Source: Chiloscyllium plagiosum
Lineage: Eukaryota
Reading direction: 5' to 3'
DNA: 20,000 bases
Assembly (NCBI RefSeq): GCF_004010195.1
Contig: NC_057749.1
Location: 21,024,567-21,044,566, forward strand
Below the pieces are notes generated by a model, which searched no databases, was not told the DNA's origin, and saw only the letters and a program-made list of their open reading frames with translations. Position 1 is the stretch's first letter; every line of letters begins with the position of its first letter. Positions 1 through 10,095 of the stretch are shown here, piece after piece. The position numbers and the translations under genes are program-made.

Positions 1-593
1 ATCACTCACTGAATCCTTACTGTGGAAACTCGTGCACCACAGATTCGCCAGACCCCCAAAATTCCCAGCAGATCCCCCTCTCTTTGACTCGGTTGTCGCC
101 ATAGGTTACAGCCAGGGATTCCATTCAGATGGCGTGTGCTTCTACTTAAAATCGCCCGGGCCTTTGATTTTGGCCAGGCGTTGAAAAGCTGGGAATGTCT
201 TCCCGTTTCCCCTGCCTGGCATCAAGCTGTCAGTCCACGGCAGAGGCAGCTGTCAATGGCACAAGGTCAGAGTGATCAGGTTTCTCTTGCTCAGAGAGTG
301 CACTGTTCATTTCGGGCAAGTGAGGTCACCGCTTACGCAGGTCCAGCCCACAAAGAGGAGTCCGATTACTGGAGGGACTTGCCAAAAATCATAAAATTAT
401 TAATCCTGCAGAAATGTGCCTTTAAAAGTGACCAACCTTTGCTCACATGGTTTTTTTGCTCACTCTGCTCCTCTCACACTTTCTCTTACCCAGAGCCGAA
501 ATGATTCAGAAAGCCACAGTCTCCTACTCCACTCCAGGAACGGGTGCCCAAACCTAAGCTGACCTTTTCAGTGCTGCACTGCCTTCAGGACGA

Positions 594-1202
594 AATCACA
601 GAACCCTATAATGTGGAAGCAGGCCATTCTGCCCATCAGGTCCACACTGACCCCCCCCCCAAGAGCATTCACCACATCTCCCACCCCCCTGCCCCAATCC
701 CTGTTACCCTGTATTTCCCATGGTCAATCTACCTGACCTGCACATTTTTGGACTGTGGGAGGAAACTGGAGCACCCGGAAAAAACCCACGCAGACACGGG
801 GAGAATGTCTCACAGCGCCAGAGACCTGGGTTCAATTCCCACCACAGGCAACTGTGTGTGTGGAGTTTGCAGTTCTCCCCGTGTCTGCGTGGGTTTCCTC
901 CGGGTGCTCCGGTTTCCTCCCACAGTCCAAAAATGTGCAGGTTTGGTGAATTGGCCATGCTCAATTGCCCGTAGTGTTAGGTGAAGGGGTAAATGTAGGG
1001 GAATGAGTCTGGGTGGGTTGCTCTTCGGCGGGTCAGTGTGGACTTGTTGGGCCGAAGGGCCTGTTTCCACACTGTAAGTAATCTAATCTAATCTAAAAAA
1101 AAGTGTAAATCCCACACAGAGAGTTACCCGAGGCTGGAATAAAACCTGGGTCCCTGGCGCTGCGAGGCAGTTATGCTAACCACTGAGCCACCATACCGCC
1201 CC
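594..1202 (-). mobile_element. HE1-type tRNA-derived V-SINE, interrupted at 808/1103 by a younger copy
   Basis: Minus-strand head gggcggtatggtggctcagtggttagc (A box) and ccaggttttattccagcc (decayed B box) at ~1130-1202; V-domain ttctccccgtgtctgcgtggg...ctcccacagtccaaaaatgtgcagg at 736-805; LINE-like tail at 594-650. Confidence 0.9.
809..1102 (+). mobile_element. HE1-type SINE, 5'-truncated, nested in opposite orientation
   Basis: B box gggttcaattccc, V-domain, tail ttgttgggccgaagggcctgtttccacactgta followed by (taatc)n and an A run; the host SINE resumes in register after 1102. Confidence 0.92.
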
Positions 1203-1674
1203 AAGATCTGTGTTGAACTAAGTGTCCTCTCAGGTGGACATCTAAGAGTCCTGGCAACATTATCCCTCAACCTGCATCACGTGAACTGGGTGGGAGCTTG
1301 GCTTGCACAATGTGACTGCGGCGTTACGTGCGTTAGAGAAGCCACTATGTTTCACAAGTACGACATGGCAAATTGTTTTAGGATGCCCTGAGATTGTGAC
1401 AGGGGTAAAATAAATGCAACTCCTCTTTCATCGCACTATACACCTCATTGCCAAATTTGCCACGTCCTCTTGTTCAGTTTGTGGGTAGAATAGAGCACTA
1501 TGAGCAAGACTGGCCCTTCTCCTTCCGCAGCGTACATAACCCAGTGATCGGACCAACCTAGCTCCCCAGCTGGGAGGCCAACACTCATTTCTTTCCCTTC
1601 AGTCCCACAACCAGCTCTTTCCCAATTCTTTCCTGTGGCTGCATAGTGGGATGGGGGGAGCTGTGTGCGTGAGA

Positions 1675-1774
1675 CACAAACAGAAGTTGCTGGAAAAGCT
1701 CAGCAGGTCTGGCAGCATCTGTGGAGAGAAATCAGAGGTGATGTTTTGGATTGAGTGACCCTTCTTCAGAACTG
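1675..1774 (-). mobile_element. Penelope-like terminal fragment with decayed hammerhead motif
   Basis: Minus strand reads CTGAAGA-agggtcactcaatcc-aaaa-catc...gatgctgccagacctgctgagcttttccagc, the same block as the other copies. Confidence 0.7.
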
Positions 1775-2187
1775 GGCTGTGGTTTATGGGTACACAGACC
1801 TTTGGCTCTACCGCCCACAGAGCTTTCTCCATGTGTAGGCCCAGACTGAGGGGCCCCTTTGGAAAACAGGAAGTGTTACAGCCTAGTTCAGTCATGCCCT
1901 CCAGTGTGGTGCTTTCAGAAAAGATATAAACAGGGAATCTTCTGTCAAAGGTAGGGCTATGGGTGATGAGGAGGTGACTAGATGCAATACTCCTTCTAAC
2001 TAAATAGCATTGTGTCCAGTGGCAGCACCTAAGTCAGCTAGCTGAGCCAAGATCGGGGAACACACTTGGACCTTACTCCATCTGTGCGGTTCAATACATC
2101 AATACCATTACCTCATTCCACTAGCAGCTCCCTCACAGCATTATCTGCTGGACCACTTTCAATCATCAAAGGTGGGGGTTGAGAGAG

Positions 2188-3219
2188 GAATAGAACATAG
2201 AACGTAGAACAATACAGCGCAGAACAGGCCCTTCGGCCCTCAATGTTGCGCCGACCTGTGAACTATTCTCAGCTCGTCCCCCTACACTATCCCATCATCA
2301 TCCATGTGCTTATCTAAGGATTGTTTAAATCTCCCTAATGTGGTTGAGTTAACTACATTGGTGGGCAGGGCATTCCACGCCCTTACCACTCTCTGCGTAA
2401 AGAACCTGTCTCTGACATCTGTCTTAAATCTATCACCCCTCAATTTGTAGCTATGCCCCCTTGTACAAGCTGATGTCATCATCCTAGGAAAAAGACTCTC
2501 ACTGTCTACACTATCTAATCCTCTGATCATCTTCTATGTCTCTATCAAATCCCCTCTTAGCCTTCTTCTTTCCAATGAGAACAGACCCAAGTCTCTCAGC
2601 CTTTCCTCATAAGAGCTTCCCTCCAGACCAGGCAACATCCTGATAAATCTCCTCTGCACCTTTTCCAATGCTTCCACATCCTTTCCGAAATATGGCGACC
2701 AGAATTGTACACAATATTCCAAGTGTGGCCGCACCAGCGTTTTGTATAGTTGCAGCATGATATTGCAGCTCCGGAACTCAATCCCTCTACCAATGAAACC
2801 TAACACACCGTATGTCTTCTTAACAGCACTATCCACCTGGGTGATAACTTTCAGGGATCTATGTACATGGACTCCAAGATCCCTCTGCACATCCACACTA
2901 CCAAGAATCTTTCCATTGACCCAGTACTCTGCCTTCCTTTTATTCTTCCCAAAGCACATCACCTCACATTTAGCTGCATTGAACTCCATTTGCCACCTCT
3001 AAGCCCAATTCTGCAGTTTATCCAAGTCCCCCATACAACCTGCAACATTCAGCCACACTGTCCACTACTCCAGCAACTTTAGTGTCATCTGCAAATTTAC
3101 TAATCCACCCACCTATGCCTGCGTCTAAGTCATTTATAAAAATGACAAACAGCAGTGGTCCCAAAACAGATCCTTGTGGCACACCACTAGTAACCGGACT
3201 CCAGGCTGAATATTTTCCA
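2188..3219 (-). mobile_element. CR1-clade LINE, 5'-truncated 3' portion with a pseudogenised reverse-transcriptase ORF2
   Basis: Translates to [22 protein letters not shown]...SKFADDTK...MEFNAAKC...LVRPHLEYCVQFWSP...RRRLRGDLIE...FFTQRVVRAWNALP. A +1 frameshift near 3030 and two in-frame TAG stops (~3000, 2534). The 3' end is a (ttctatg)n-like microsatellite at 2188-2210. Confidence 0.96.
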
Positions 3220-3554
3220 AGAAAATTTCTTCCCGAAGTTCCAAGGCTGGGTTTCAAAATCCTGTTCTTTCCACTTCTCCTAGGAGATCATGTGGTTTTT
3301 CCAGGGTATAGGGAAGGACAGATTGGATCACGTATGTACCATGATACACAGGGTATTGCAAGTGTGTAGGTCGAACTGCCATTGCCTGGAATGCTATGCT
3401 AGGAGTTGCACTCTCTTTAGCCCCATCTGTTCTGCATGGCCATCACACCAGGTCCATTGTAGGATAACCTTCCAGTACAACAAAAGGATGACTGTCAGTC
3501 TCAACTTTTAAATTTGTAGGTGCAACATCCCCATATCCATAAGAAATGCCAAGC

Positions 3555-3882
3555 AATCTGGAGAGGATAGATTGGGAAAACCTGTTCACCCAGGTGGAAG
3601 GATTGAGAACCAGGGGTTATGGATTGAAGATCATTGGCAAAAGGAGTAACAGAGGTCATGAGGAGTAAGCTCTTCATTCATCGAGTGGTTGGACCTGCCC
3701 AAGAGCTCAGTGTAGATAAGGTCAACCCAGACCTTCACAAGGGAATTAGATCATTATCTGAAAAGGACCAAAAGGCAGGGCTACGGAGAGAAGGCGAGGA
3801 GTGATGAGTTGCTCACATAGAGAGCCAGCACAGACACGCTGGGCCAAATGGCCTTTTTCTGTGTCATAACCATTCTGTGATA
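3555..3882 (+). mobile_element. Old CR1-clade LINE 3' end
   Basis: Decayed ORF2 C-terminus (agaaccaggggttatggattgaag; cgagtggtt), and tail tgggccaaatggcctttttctgtg...attctgtga. Confidence 0.75.
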
Positions 3883-3974
3883 TTATATCTCAGTACCAAA
3901 CAATGTTAACAAAATGACCTCTTTCTGTGTCATAACATTCTGCAATTATAGCTCAGTCCCAAATAATGTTAATA
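3846..3974. repeat. Diverged tandem duplication, 2 x ~65 bp, spanning the LINE tail/flank junction
   Basis: aaatggcctttttctgtgtcataaccattctg...ctcagtaccaaacaatgttaa versus aaatgacctctttctgtgtcataacattctg...ctcagtcccaaataatgttaa. Confidence 0.9.
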
Positions 3975-4264
3975 AAAGCCGATTGGTTTGGACCTCCTGG
4001 TCATTGAATTCACTGTCCTTCGTCAACCTGCCTCAACTCAGTCTCCATTCTCTGGATGGTTGGGACTGATGGGCTCATCTCCAGCCACTACTATAAAACA
4101 AAATGGAAACTGCTGTGAATGTGTCATGTTAATCTTTCAATTCCAGTTTTTGGATGAAATGCAAGTAATTTAACAGACAGCCCAAAAGCCTCATTATTGG
4201 GAAACCCTGGAACTACTGCACATCAAACCTGCCTTCGGATTCAGAGGAACAGCACAGTCAGAGC

Positions 4265-4468
4265 AGACTAGCAGGGGGCTGGAGGAACACAGCAAGCCAG
4301 GCAGCATCAGGAGGTGGAGAGGTCAACATTTCAGGTCAAGCTTATCCTGATGAAGGGTCTCAACCTGAAATGTTGACATCTCCACCTCCTGATGCTGCCT
4401 GGCTTGCTGTGTTCTTCCAGCCCCCTGCTTATCTACTTTAGATTCCAGCATCTGCAGTTTTCTTGTCT
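4265..4468 (+). mobile_element. Fold-back Penelope-like terminal element with a hammerhead core in the loop
   Basis: 67-bp inverted arms 4270-4336 / 4363-4429 (2 mismatches); CTGATGA at 4347-4353 and GAAA at 4367-4370; ends ttccagcatctgcagttttcttgtct. Confidence 0.8.
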
Positions 4469-4607
4469 TTAGCACACAGAGCAGCTGACCCCTGAGATTT
4501 GAAAATGAGTGTTCACTCTTTGGAAATATAACGAATGGACTCTGAAATCAGCTCAGGTGCCATACACTCCCACTGGCACATTCCACTTGTATGGATCACA
4601 GAATCAT

Positions 4608-4826
4608 TCAGATGGTTCTTCTATAACATGATGGTAGTGTTCTTATGCAACCCCGTAAATGTACAAAAATTGCCCTTCAGAAACAGCACTTAAAGCATTG
4701 GTGATGTAATTGTGTTACAGCCAACACACATTAAAAGTTTGCGGTTTAGATAGTGGCCCCAATTCGGTAATCGCTTTACAGTGAATTCACATTAACAAAA
4801 CACACCTTAAAGCATAATGATCAGTA
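4608..4826. mobile_element. Possible decayed Tc1/mariner-type MITE inserted in a SINE/LINE tail remnant
   Basis: Weak terminal inverted similarity (ttcagatggttcttctataac / cttaaagcataatgatcagta, 13/21). The flanks atcacagaatca | gatccctacagtgcagatagaggcc join into a HE1/CR1-type tail on the minus strand. Confidence 0.35.
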
Positions 4827-4959
4827 GGATCCCTACAGTGCAGATAGAGGCCAATCGGCCCATCGGGTCTGCACTAATCCTTCAAATCTCTCTGCTTCCT
4901 CTTTTCCAAACATTAATCACTGCTGTCCTGGATCCCAGACTATGAATTTGACACTCACT

Positions 4960-5275
4960 TAGCTTAGTGTTCAGCAACTCCCCAAGATTGCGCCCACAGC
5001 ACCACTCCTCCTCAAGACGTCCTTTAACAGGGAGAAGTGCTGAAATTGTCAAGGAACACCACAACCGCCAAGTCACAAGCCACCTTGACTTGGACTTGCT
5101 TCCCCATTCCTTCACTGCTGTAGGATAAAAATCCCAGACCTCAGTACACAACACTGTCGGACTGTCGTCACCACAGTGATGGCCCACGCCAAGCACCTTC
5201 TCCAGGGAACTGGATTTGAGCAATAAGTGTGGCATTTGTCAACACAGCTAATCCCAGAGAATCTTAAAACAAAAA
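4960..5275 (+). mobile_element. Old CR1/L2-group LINE 3' end whose tail is shared with the SINEs at 9110-10165 and 19075-19632
   Basis: ggaacaccacaacc...tgacttgga...ccattccttcactgctgtagg...aaaatcc...caccttctccagggaactgg...gcaataagtgtggc. Confidence 0.6.
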
Positions 5276-5439
5276 GCCAATCCTTTCGATATTCAGTCTG
5301 ACAAAGCCAGGGATAGAATGTGTTCATTGAACATCTCAGTCATGCCTTTGCATCTAGGTATTCTGTGAAATCAAACCAACCTCCTCCTTTTACCACCTTC
5401 TTACTGATCAGGTGGCCATACAGGACACTGGGATCTCAC

Positions 5440-6545
5440 CCTGTGTTGGCTACTTGCCTTTTCTCATAATTCCTCTTTGCTTCTTAGCTGTTTTGCACCT
5501 CTCCTCTGAACCTTCTGCATTCCTCTTGATTCGTGATTTCATTTTCTGCCTGACACTTATCAAAAGTATATTTTTCTATCTTTATCTTAATTTCTACATC
5601 CTTTGCCATCCAGGCAGGCTCTGGATTGACTTTTTCTACCTTTCCCATTTGAGGGAATGTACTTCGACTGTTCCCAAACCATCTCCCCTTTGTAGGTAGC
5701 TCATTGTTTAGTCATTGGTTTTCCTTCTAACCTCATTCCAGACAATCCTTCCCAGCTCGGATCTTGCCCTATTAAAGTCTGCTCTCCGTCAACTGATGTT
5801 TCTCACTCTGAAATGTTGCATGTCATTTGCCCGAAACGTTGATTTTCCTGCTCCTTGGATGCTGCCTGACCTGCTGTGCTTTTCCAGCACCGCTCTAATC
5901 TTGATTCTCCACCATTATCCTAAATCCTATGATACATGGAGAACAGTTAGGAAACAGTAATCTGACTGACTCTTGGTCCACTTGGCCCACCTTATTTCCA
6001 AGAAGCTGGCCCAACAATGCATCCTTCCTTGTTGGAATGGGAACATACTAGTAACAGGAAACTCTCTTGGCCCTCACTGCCCATTCACTACAACTCTCCC
6101 ATTGTAACGACTCCATAATGTTGACACTCTCTCTGTAACTTCCCTGCTGGTTTGTTCTTCTACCTCCTTCCCACTGATTGCAGATCTATAGACTACATCC
6201 CGCAATATAATTGTACTCTGTTTATTCCTTAGTTCCAGCTTAATGGACTCTGTGCGGAGACCCTCTGTGACATCTCTTTCTCCAGCACTGCGATGTACTC
6301 CAATACTGTTACCCTTCCTTTTCTAATTTTTCTCAATACCTTGTGCCCAGGAACATTTAACACCCAGTCCCAACCTTCCTTGAGCCAGGTCTCTGTTATC
6401 ACCATAACATCAAGGTTCCACGTGGCGATCTGTGCCGATGACTCTCTGACTTTATTTACTATACTCCGCGTGTTCTCATATACGCACAGTAACCCTGCTG
6501 CAGACTTCATTTATTCCCTTCCTTCCTCTGACTTCACTTACTAAC
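5440..6545 (-). mobile_element. Decayed CR1 LINE ORF2, APE endonuclease region
   Basis: ORF 6229-6510 reads NTRSIVNK...DVMVITETWLKEGWDWVLNVPG, matching the CR1 endonuclease N-terminal motifs (NARSIxNK, ITETWL). Confidence 0.85.
5826..5903 (+). mobile_element. Penelope-like terminal fragment (3' half of the hammerhead only), nested in CR1
   Basis: tttgcccGAAACGTTgattttcctgctccttggatgctgcctgacctgctgtgcttttccagcacc. Confidence 0.75.
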
Positions 6546-6549
6546 CAGC

Positions 6550-6990
6550 TGCAGTCTGTGCTAATGTCAGTGATCAATTACTATCGACTGCCCATCTAGC
6601 AAAGTTGGTGGCACACCTTGTGGATTCGTAGGTTCTTGCGTGGCCTGATGAGCCCATACTCCTTTTGGTCATTGCCTTGCGCGGGACATACTTTAACGTA
6701 CATTGTTTGTCGGCAGATACACAGTCCTTGACAGATCCAGTTCCAGTGGCAAGGGGATCTTCACAACTGTGAAGGTCACCCTCCTGCTGCAGCCTCATCC
6801 GTTAACATCAAATACCTTTGGCCTTAATCACTATTGAGGCCTTGTTTTGAATTGCGCCGTGATTTGTTCCTCCCCTCTGACCTTGGCTGGCCCTGCCAGG
6901 AGCAGAGAATTCCTGACGACATTGCTCTTGGGATCAAAGGAACACCCAAGCCCCCCCCACTGCAGCGAGATGACAATCCACGGAGATATC
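6550..6990 (-). mobile_element. Probable RTE-clade (Expander/Rex3-like) 5'-UTR-derived non-autonomous element inserted in the CR1
   Basis: Minus-strand start ggattgtcatctcgctgcagtggggggggcttgggtgttcctttgatcccaagagcaatgtcgtcagg...ctcctggcagggcc resembles remembered RTE 5' leaders. It lies between the CR1 ORF1 and ORF2 remnants. Confidence 0.4.
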
Positions 6991-7039
6991 TACACTCGTT
7001 GAGCCAGTTGCATCTGGAAGTATTCTGCAAAGTCTAGAC

Positions 7040-7510
7040 TCGGCCTAGTTCTCTCTCGGTTCCCACATCCCTGCCAAGGTCCGTCAAAACCCTCCCAATG
7101 GCACGTGCAAAGTGCTCCACATGGAACTCAGTCCCAGCTCTGTTCAGGCTTTCTGCAGACTCTGTCCAGGTGTCCCAGGAATCTAATCCCTCCCTCCTTC
7201 AACATCTCTCCAACCACACATTCATCTGCCTTATCCTCCTATTTCTGCACTCGCTTGCACATGGCACTGGGAGTCATCCAGAAATGACTGTTACCTTTCT
7301 AGCTTGCTCCTGTTTGCAGGACCAGATTCCCCTGCCTACCCCAAGTCACTCACACCAACATGGACCTCCAATTATTCACCCCTCCCCCTGAAGAATGCCC
7401 TGCAGCCACCCTGTGACACCCTGGACTCAGGGAGACAACAGACCATCCCGGACTCCCATCTGCTGCCGTAGAAACGCCAGTCTGCTCCCTGAGCTAACGA
7501 ATCCCACAAT
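7040..7510 (-). mobile_element. Decayed CR1 LINE ORF1 region (same element as 5440-6545)
   Basis: gtgtcccaggaatctaatccctccctcc...ccacacattcatctgccttatcctcctatttctg...ggcactgggag resembles fish CR1 ORF1 sequence; position and strand are consistent with the ORF2 remnant. Confidence 0.6.
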
Positions 7511-7565
7511 TTCTTTCTTCTTCTTTCTCTATTCGACAGCCCGAAACATGCTGCCCAAAAGTGGT

Positions 7566-7864
7566 GGGCGGCACGGTGGTTAGCACTGCTGCCTCAAAGC
7601 GCCAGAGACCCGGGTTCAATTCCCGCCTCAGGTGACTGACTGTGTGGAGTTTGCACATTCTCCCCGTGTCTGCGTGGGTTTCCTCCGGGTGCTCCAGTTT
7701 CCTCCCACAGTCCAAAGATGTGCAGGTCAGGTGAATTGGCCATGCTAAATTGCCCATAGTGTTAGGTGCAGGGGTATGAATGGGTTGCGCTTCGGCGGGG
7801 CGGTGTGGACTTGTTGGGCCGAAGGGCCTGTTTCCACACTGTAATGTAATCTAAAAAAATCTAA
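7566..7864 (+). mobile_element. HE1-type SINE, near full length
   Basis: gggcggcacggtggttagc head (short deletion), B box gggttcaattccc, V-domain, tail gggccgaagggcctgtttccacactgtaatgtaatcta. Confidence 0.93.
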
Positions 7865-7904
7865 TTACATGTAATCTAAAAGTGTGGCAGGAACAGTACT
7901 TCCA

Positions 7905-8005
7905 AAATAAAGAAAACATTGCTGGAAAAGCTCAGCAAGTCAAAGCAACATCTTTGGAGAGAAATCAGAGTTATCATTTCAGGTCCAGTGACCCTTCTTC
8001 AGAAG
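7905..8005 (-). mobile_element. Penelope-like terminal fragment with hammerhead motif
   Basis: Minus strand: CTGAAGA(8002-7996)-A-GGGTC-actg-GACCT-GAAA-tgat...gacttgctgagcttttccagc. Confidence 0.7.
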
Positions 8006-8354
8006 TTCCAAAAACAATGAACTGGACATATAAAATAGAGACAAAAAAAATCTTAAATGTCAACTCAAATCATTTCAGTAGCACTTGTTGTGCTGTCATT
8101 AATCAGCAGGAGGAGATAACGTTCCAGAGAACAATTGATTGAATTTCAATATGATTTAGCAGCTACCCAGTTGGCTAACGCTACATTCTCATTAGAAGGT
8201 TGAGTTTTACCGGTTCACAGAGCTGATATCCTCAACGCAAACCCATACAGTTTTCTAGATAGCGGAGACCGCGATTTATATTCAAAATGCCTTTTATGCA
8301 CGGGTACTGCCAGTACTGTATTGCAGTCACTGCTGGAGTTTCAGACTATTTTTC

Positions 8355-8635
8355 GGAGTCAGCACTCTGTACAATGCAGAAGGAGTGCTGTATGCTGACC
8401 AAAGGCTTCTTTAAGAAAGGCCCCATGGCATACTTTCAAAGAACTGCTCTCCCCCAGCTAATATCTATCTCTCAATCAACACCATTTAAATATCACAATC
8501 TGAATGTCCGTCAGATCTTGGTGTGGGCAAAAACAGTGGTGGCCATTTCCTACATTACATTAACAAAGGTACTTTGAAAGGAACATTCAACTATAAAGTC
8601 CTTTGGGATGCCCCTGAGGTTGTGAGAGGATTTTT
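8355..8635 (+). mobile_element. Decayed Deu-domain SINE
   Basis: ggagtgctg...ccccatggca...aatatctatctctcaatcaacacca...tttcctacattaca...ctttgggatgcccctgaggttgtga. Confidence 0.55.
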
Positions 8636-8729
8636 TTCAAACGACTTGCTGGATAACAAGCTCCAATCGGTTTAGTTGTCGCTAACCAGTTGTTTTTGGT
8701 TTTCTTTAATCTTGGCATGTACAATGTTG

Positions 8730-8937
8730 AAAATGTGTTGCTGGAAAAGCGCAGCAGGTCAGGCAGCATCCAAGGAGCAGGAGAATCGACGTTTCAGGCA
8801 TGAGCCCTTCTTCAGGAATGAAGAAAGTGTGCCCAGCAGGCTAAGATAAAAGGTAGAGAGGAGGGACTTGGGGGAGGGGCGTTGGAAATGCGATAGGTGG
8901 AAGGAGGTCAAGGTGAGGGTGATAGGCCAGAGTGGGG
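8730..8937 (-). mobile_element. Penelope-like 3'-end insertion with an 11-bp TSD
   Basis: TSD GTACAATGTTG at 8719-8729 and 8938-8948; minus strand has a pyrimidine-rich tract, then the hammerhead, then gatgctgcctgacctgctgcgcttttccagc. Confidence 0.85.
8784..8819 (-). ncRNA. Minimal type-I hammerhead ribozyme motif (best-preserved copy)
   Basis: AUUC-CUGAAGA-A-GGGC(UCAU)GCCU-GAAA-C-GUC-GAUU: full core, 4-bp stem II, GUC triplet, stem I pairing at 3 of 4 positions, palindromic ACGU in place of a looped stem III. Activity not shown. Confidence 0.65.
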
Positions 8938-9130
8938 GTACAATGTTGTCAAGGTAACGATGAGGCTTTGACACTGGTTAGGGAGAAGGTGTCACAGTAT
9001 CTCCAGGTGAGGGCAGATCCACAAACAAGTTCAAAGGTTGCTCTCCAGGATGCCCCTGTTCCACCAACACTTCCATGAAAATAGCTCCTCTGGAGGGTGC
9101 TGTGCGTTGGGAGGCATAGTGGTAATGCCA

Positions 9131-9336
9131 CCAGGCCAGAATCCAGAGACCCAGGCCAGAACCCAGGGACCCTGGCCAGAACCCAGGGACCCTGGCCAGA
9201 ACCCAGAGACCCAGGCCAGAACCCAGAGACCCAGGCCAGAACCCAGAGACCCAGGCCAGAACCCAGAGACCCAGGCCAGAACCCAGGGACCCTGGCCAGA
9301 ACCCAGGGACCCTGGCCAGAACCCAGAGACCCAGGC
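9131..9336. repeat. 20-bp minisatellite, 10.3 copies (CCWGGCCAGAACCCAGRGAC)
   Basis: Directly visible contiguous units starting at 9131, with no spacers. Confidence 0.99.
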
Positions 9337-9714
9337 TAACATTCTGGTGACATAAGTTCAAATCCCATTGTGACAGCTGGTGCAAGTTAAATCCAATTCA
9401 GAAATCAGGAATTATCAGTGTTGCTAACCATGTACCCACATCAACTGTCCTACTCAAAATGAATATGTCCTAAATTTGTCTCAATTATTTCTTTAGTTTC
9501 TGACAGTCAGTAAAATGGTGCTGAATTGTGGCGACTTACACGCATCTCACTGTATTTTCAGAAAAACAAGTGACAATAAATTGCTCTTCTATTTACAAGA
9601 TTCTCTGGATCACTATTGGTCCTTATCCTGTCTGGCCTACATGTGACTCCAAATCCACAGTAATGTAGCTGACTCTTAACTGCTCTCTGCAAATGGCCCA
9701 GCAAGCTACTCAGT

Positions 9715-10095
9715 TAAGAACATAAGAACTCGGATCTGGAGGAGGCCATTCAGCCCCTCGAGTCTGTCCCACCATCGCTTATGATCATGATTCATCTTTC
9801 TGGCCTGCTCTCCATACCCCTTAAACCCATTACTAATTAAAAATCTCTCTATCTCTTCCTTAAGCTTACTCAATGTCCCAGCATTCACTGGGGCCGGGGC
9901 CAGGGGAAAGAGGAGTGAATTCCACAGATTCACAAGCCTTTGAGAGAATTCCTCTTCATCTTGGCTTTAAGTTTGCCATGCCTTAGCTTATAGCTATGAC
10001 CTCTTGCTCTAGATTCCCCACAGTGGGCAAAGTGTACCCTATCTCTACTTTGTCATTCCCCTTTAGCATTTTGTATTCCTGCGTGAGATCTCCTT
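9715..10095 (-). mobile_element. CR1-clade LINE 3' end
   Basis: Tail taagaacataagaac...aggccattcagcccctcgag; minus-strand translation NLWNSL...LSKLKEEIERFLISNGFKGYGE. Confidence 0.85.

Larger units (their letters stand above)
505..1425 (+). mobile_element. Highly decayed Deu-domain tRNA SINE (SacSINE1/AmnSINE1-like), split by HE1 insertions into ~505-593 and ~1205-1425
   Basis: Degenerate matches to remembered DeuSINE blocks in the right order: ccactccagg...aagctgac...gtgctgcactg; ctctcaggtggac; gtcctggcaacattatccctcaacc; gtgggagcttg; 3' end ggatgccctgagattgtga...taaatgcaa. Confidence 0.5.

Noticed and set aside
136..504. 122-aa ORF and other short unique ORFs
   Set aside because: Many start at non-ATG codons, have no recognisable domain, and are of a length expected by chance.
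544..1070. Recurrent ORFs (DCGRKLEHPE.THADTGR, METGPSAQQV), also at 7494, 10750 and 13455
   Set aside because: They are translations of HE1 SINE sequence, not genes.
2282..3257. Functional reverse transcriptase gene
   Set aside because: It is 5'-truncated, frameshifted and has two in-frame stops, i.e. a dead CR1 copy.
6645..6670. CTGATGAG as another hammerhead core
   Set aside because: No stem II followed by GAAA downstream.
7566..7630. tRNA genes at A/B-box sites
   Set aside because: These are tRNA-derived SINE heads continuing into SINE bodies, with no cloverleaf.
9131..9336. CRISPR-like array or repetitive protein ORFs
   Set aside because: Units are contiguous with no unique spacers, and the ORFs in several frames are a by-product of a stop-free 20-mer.
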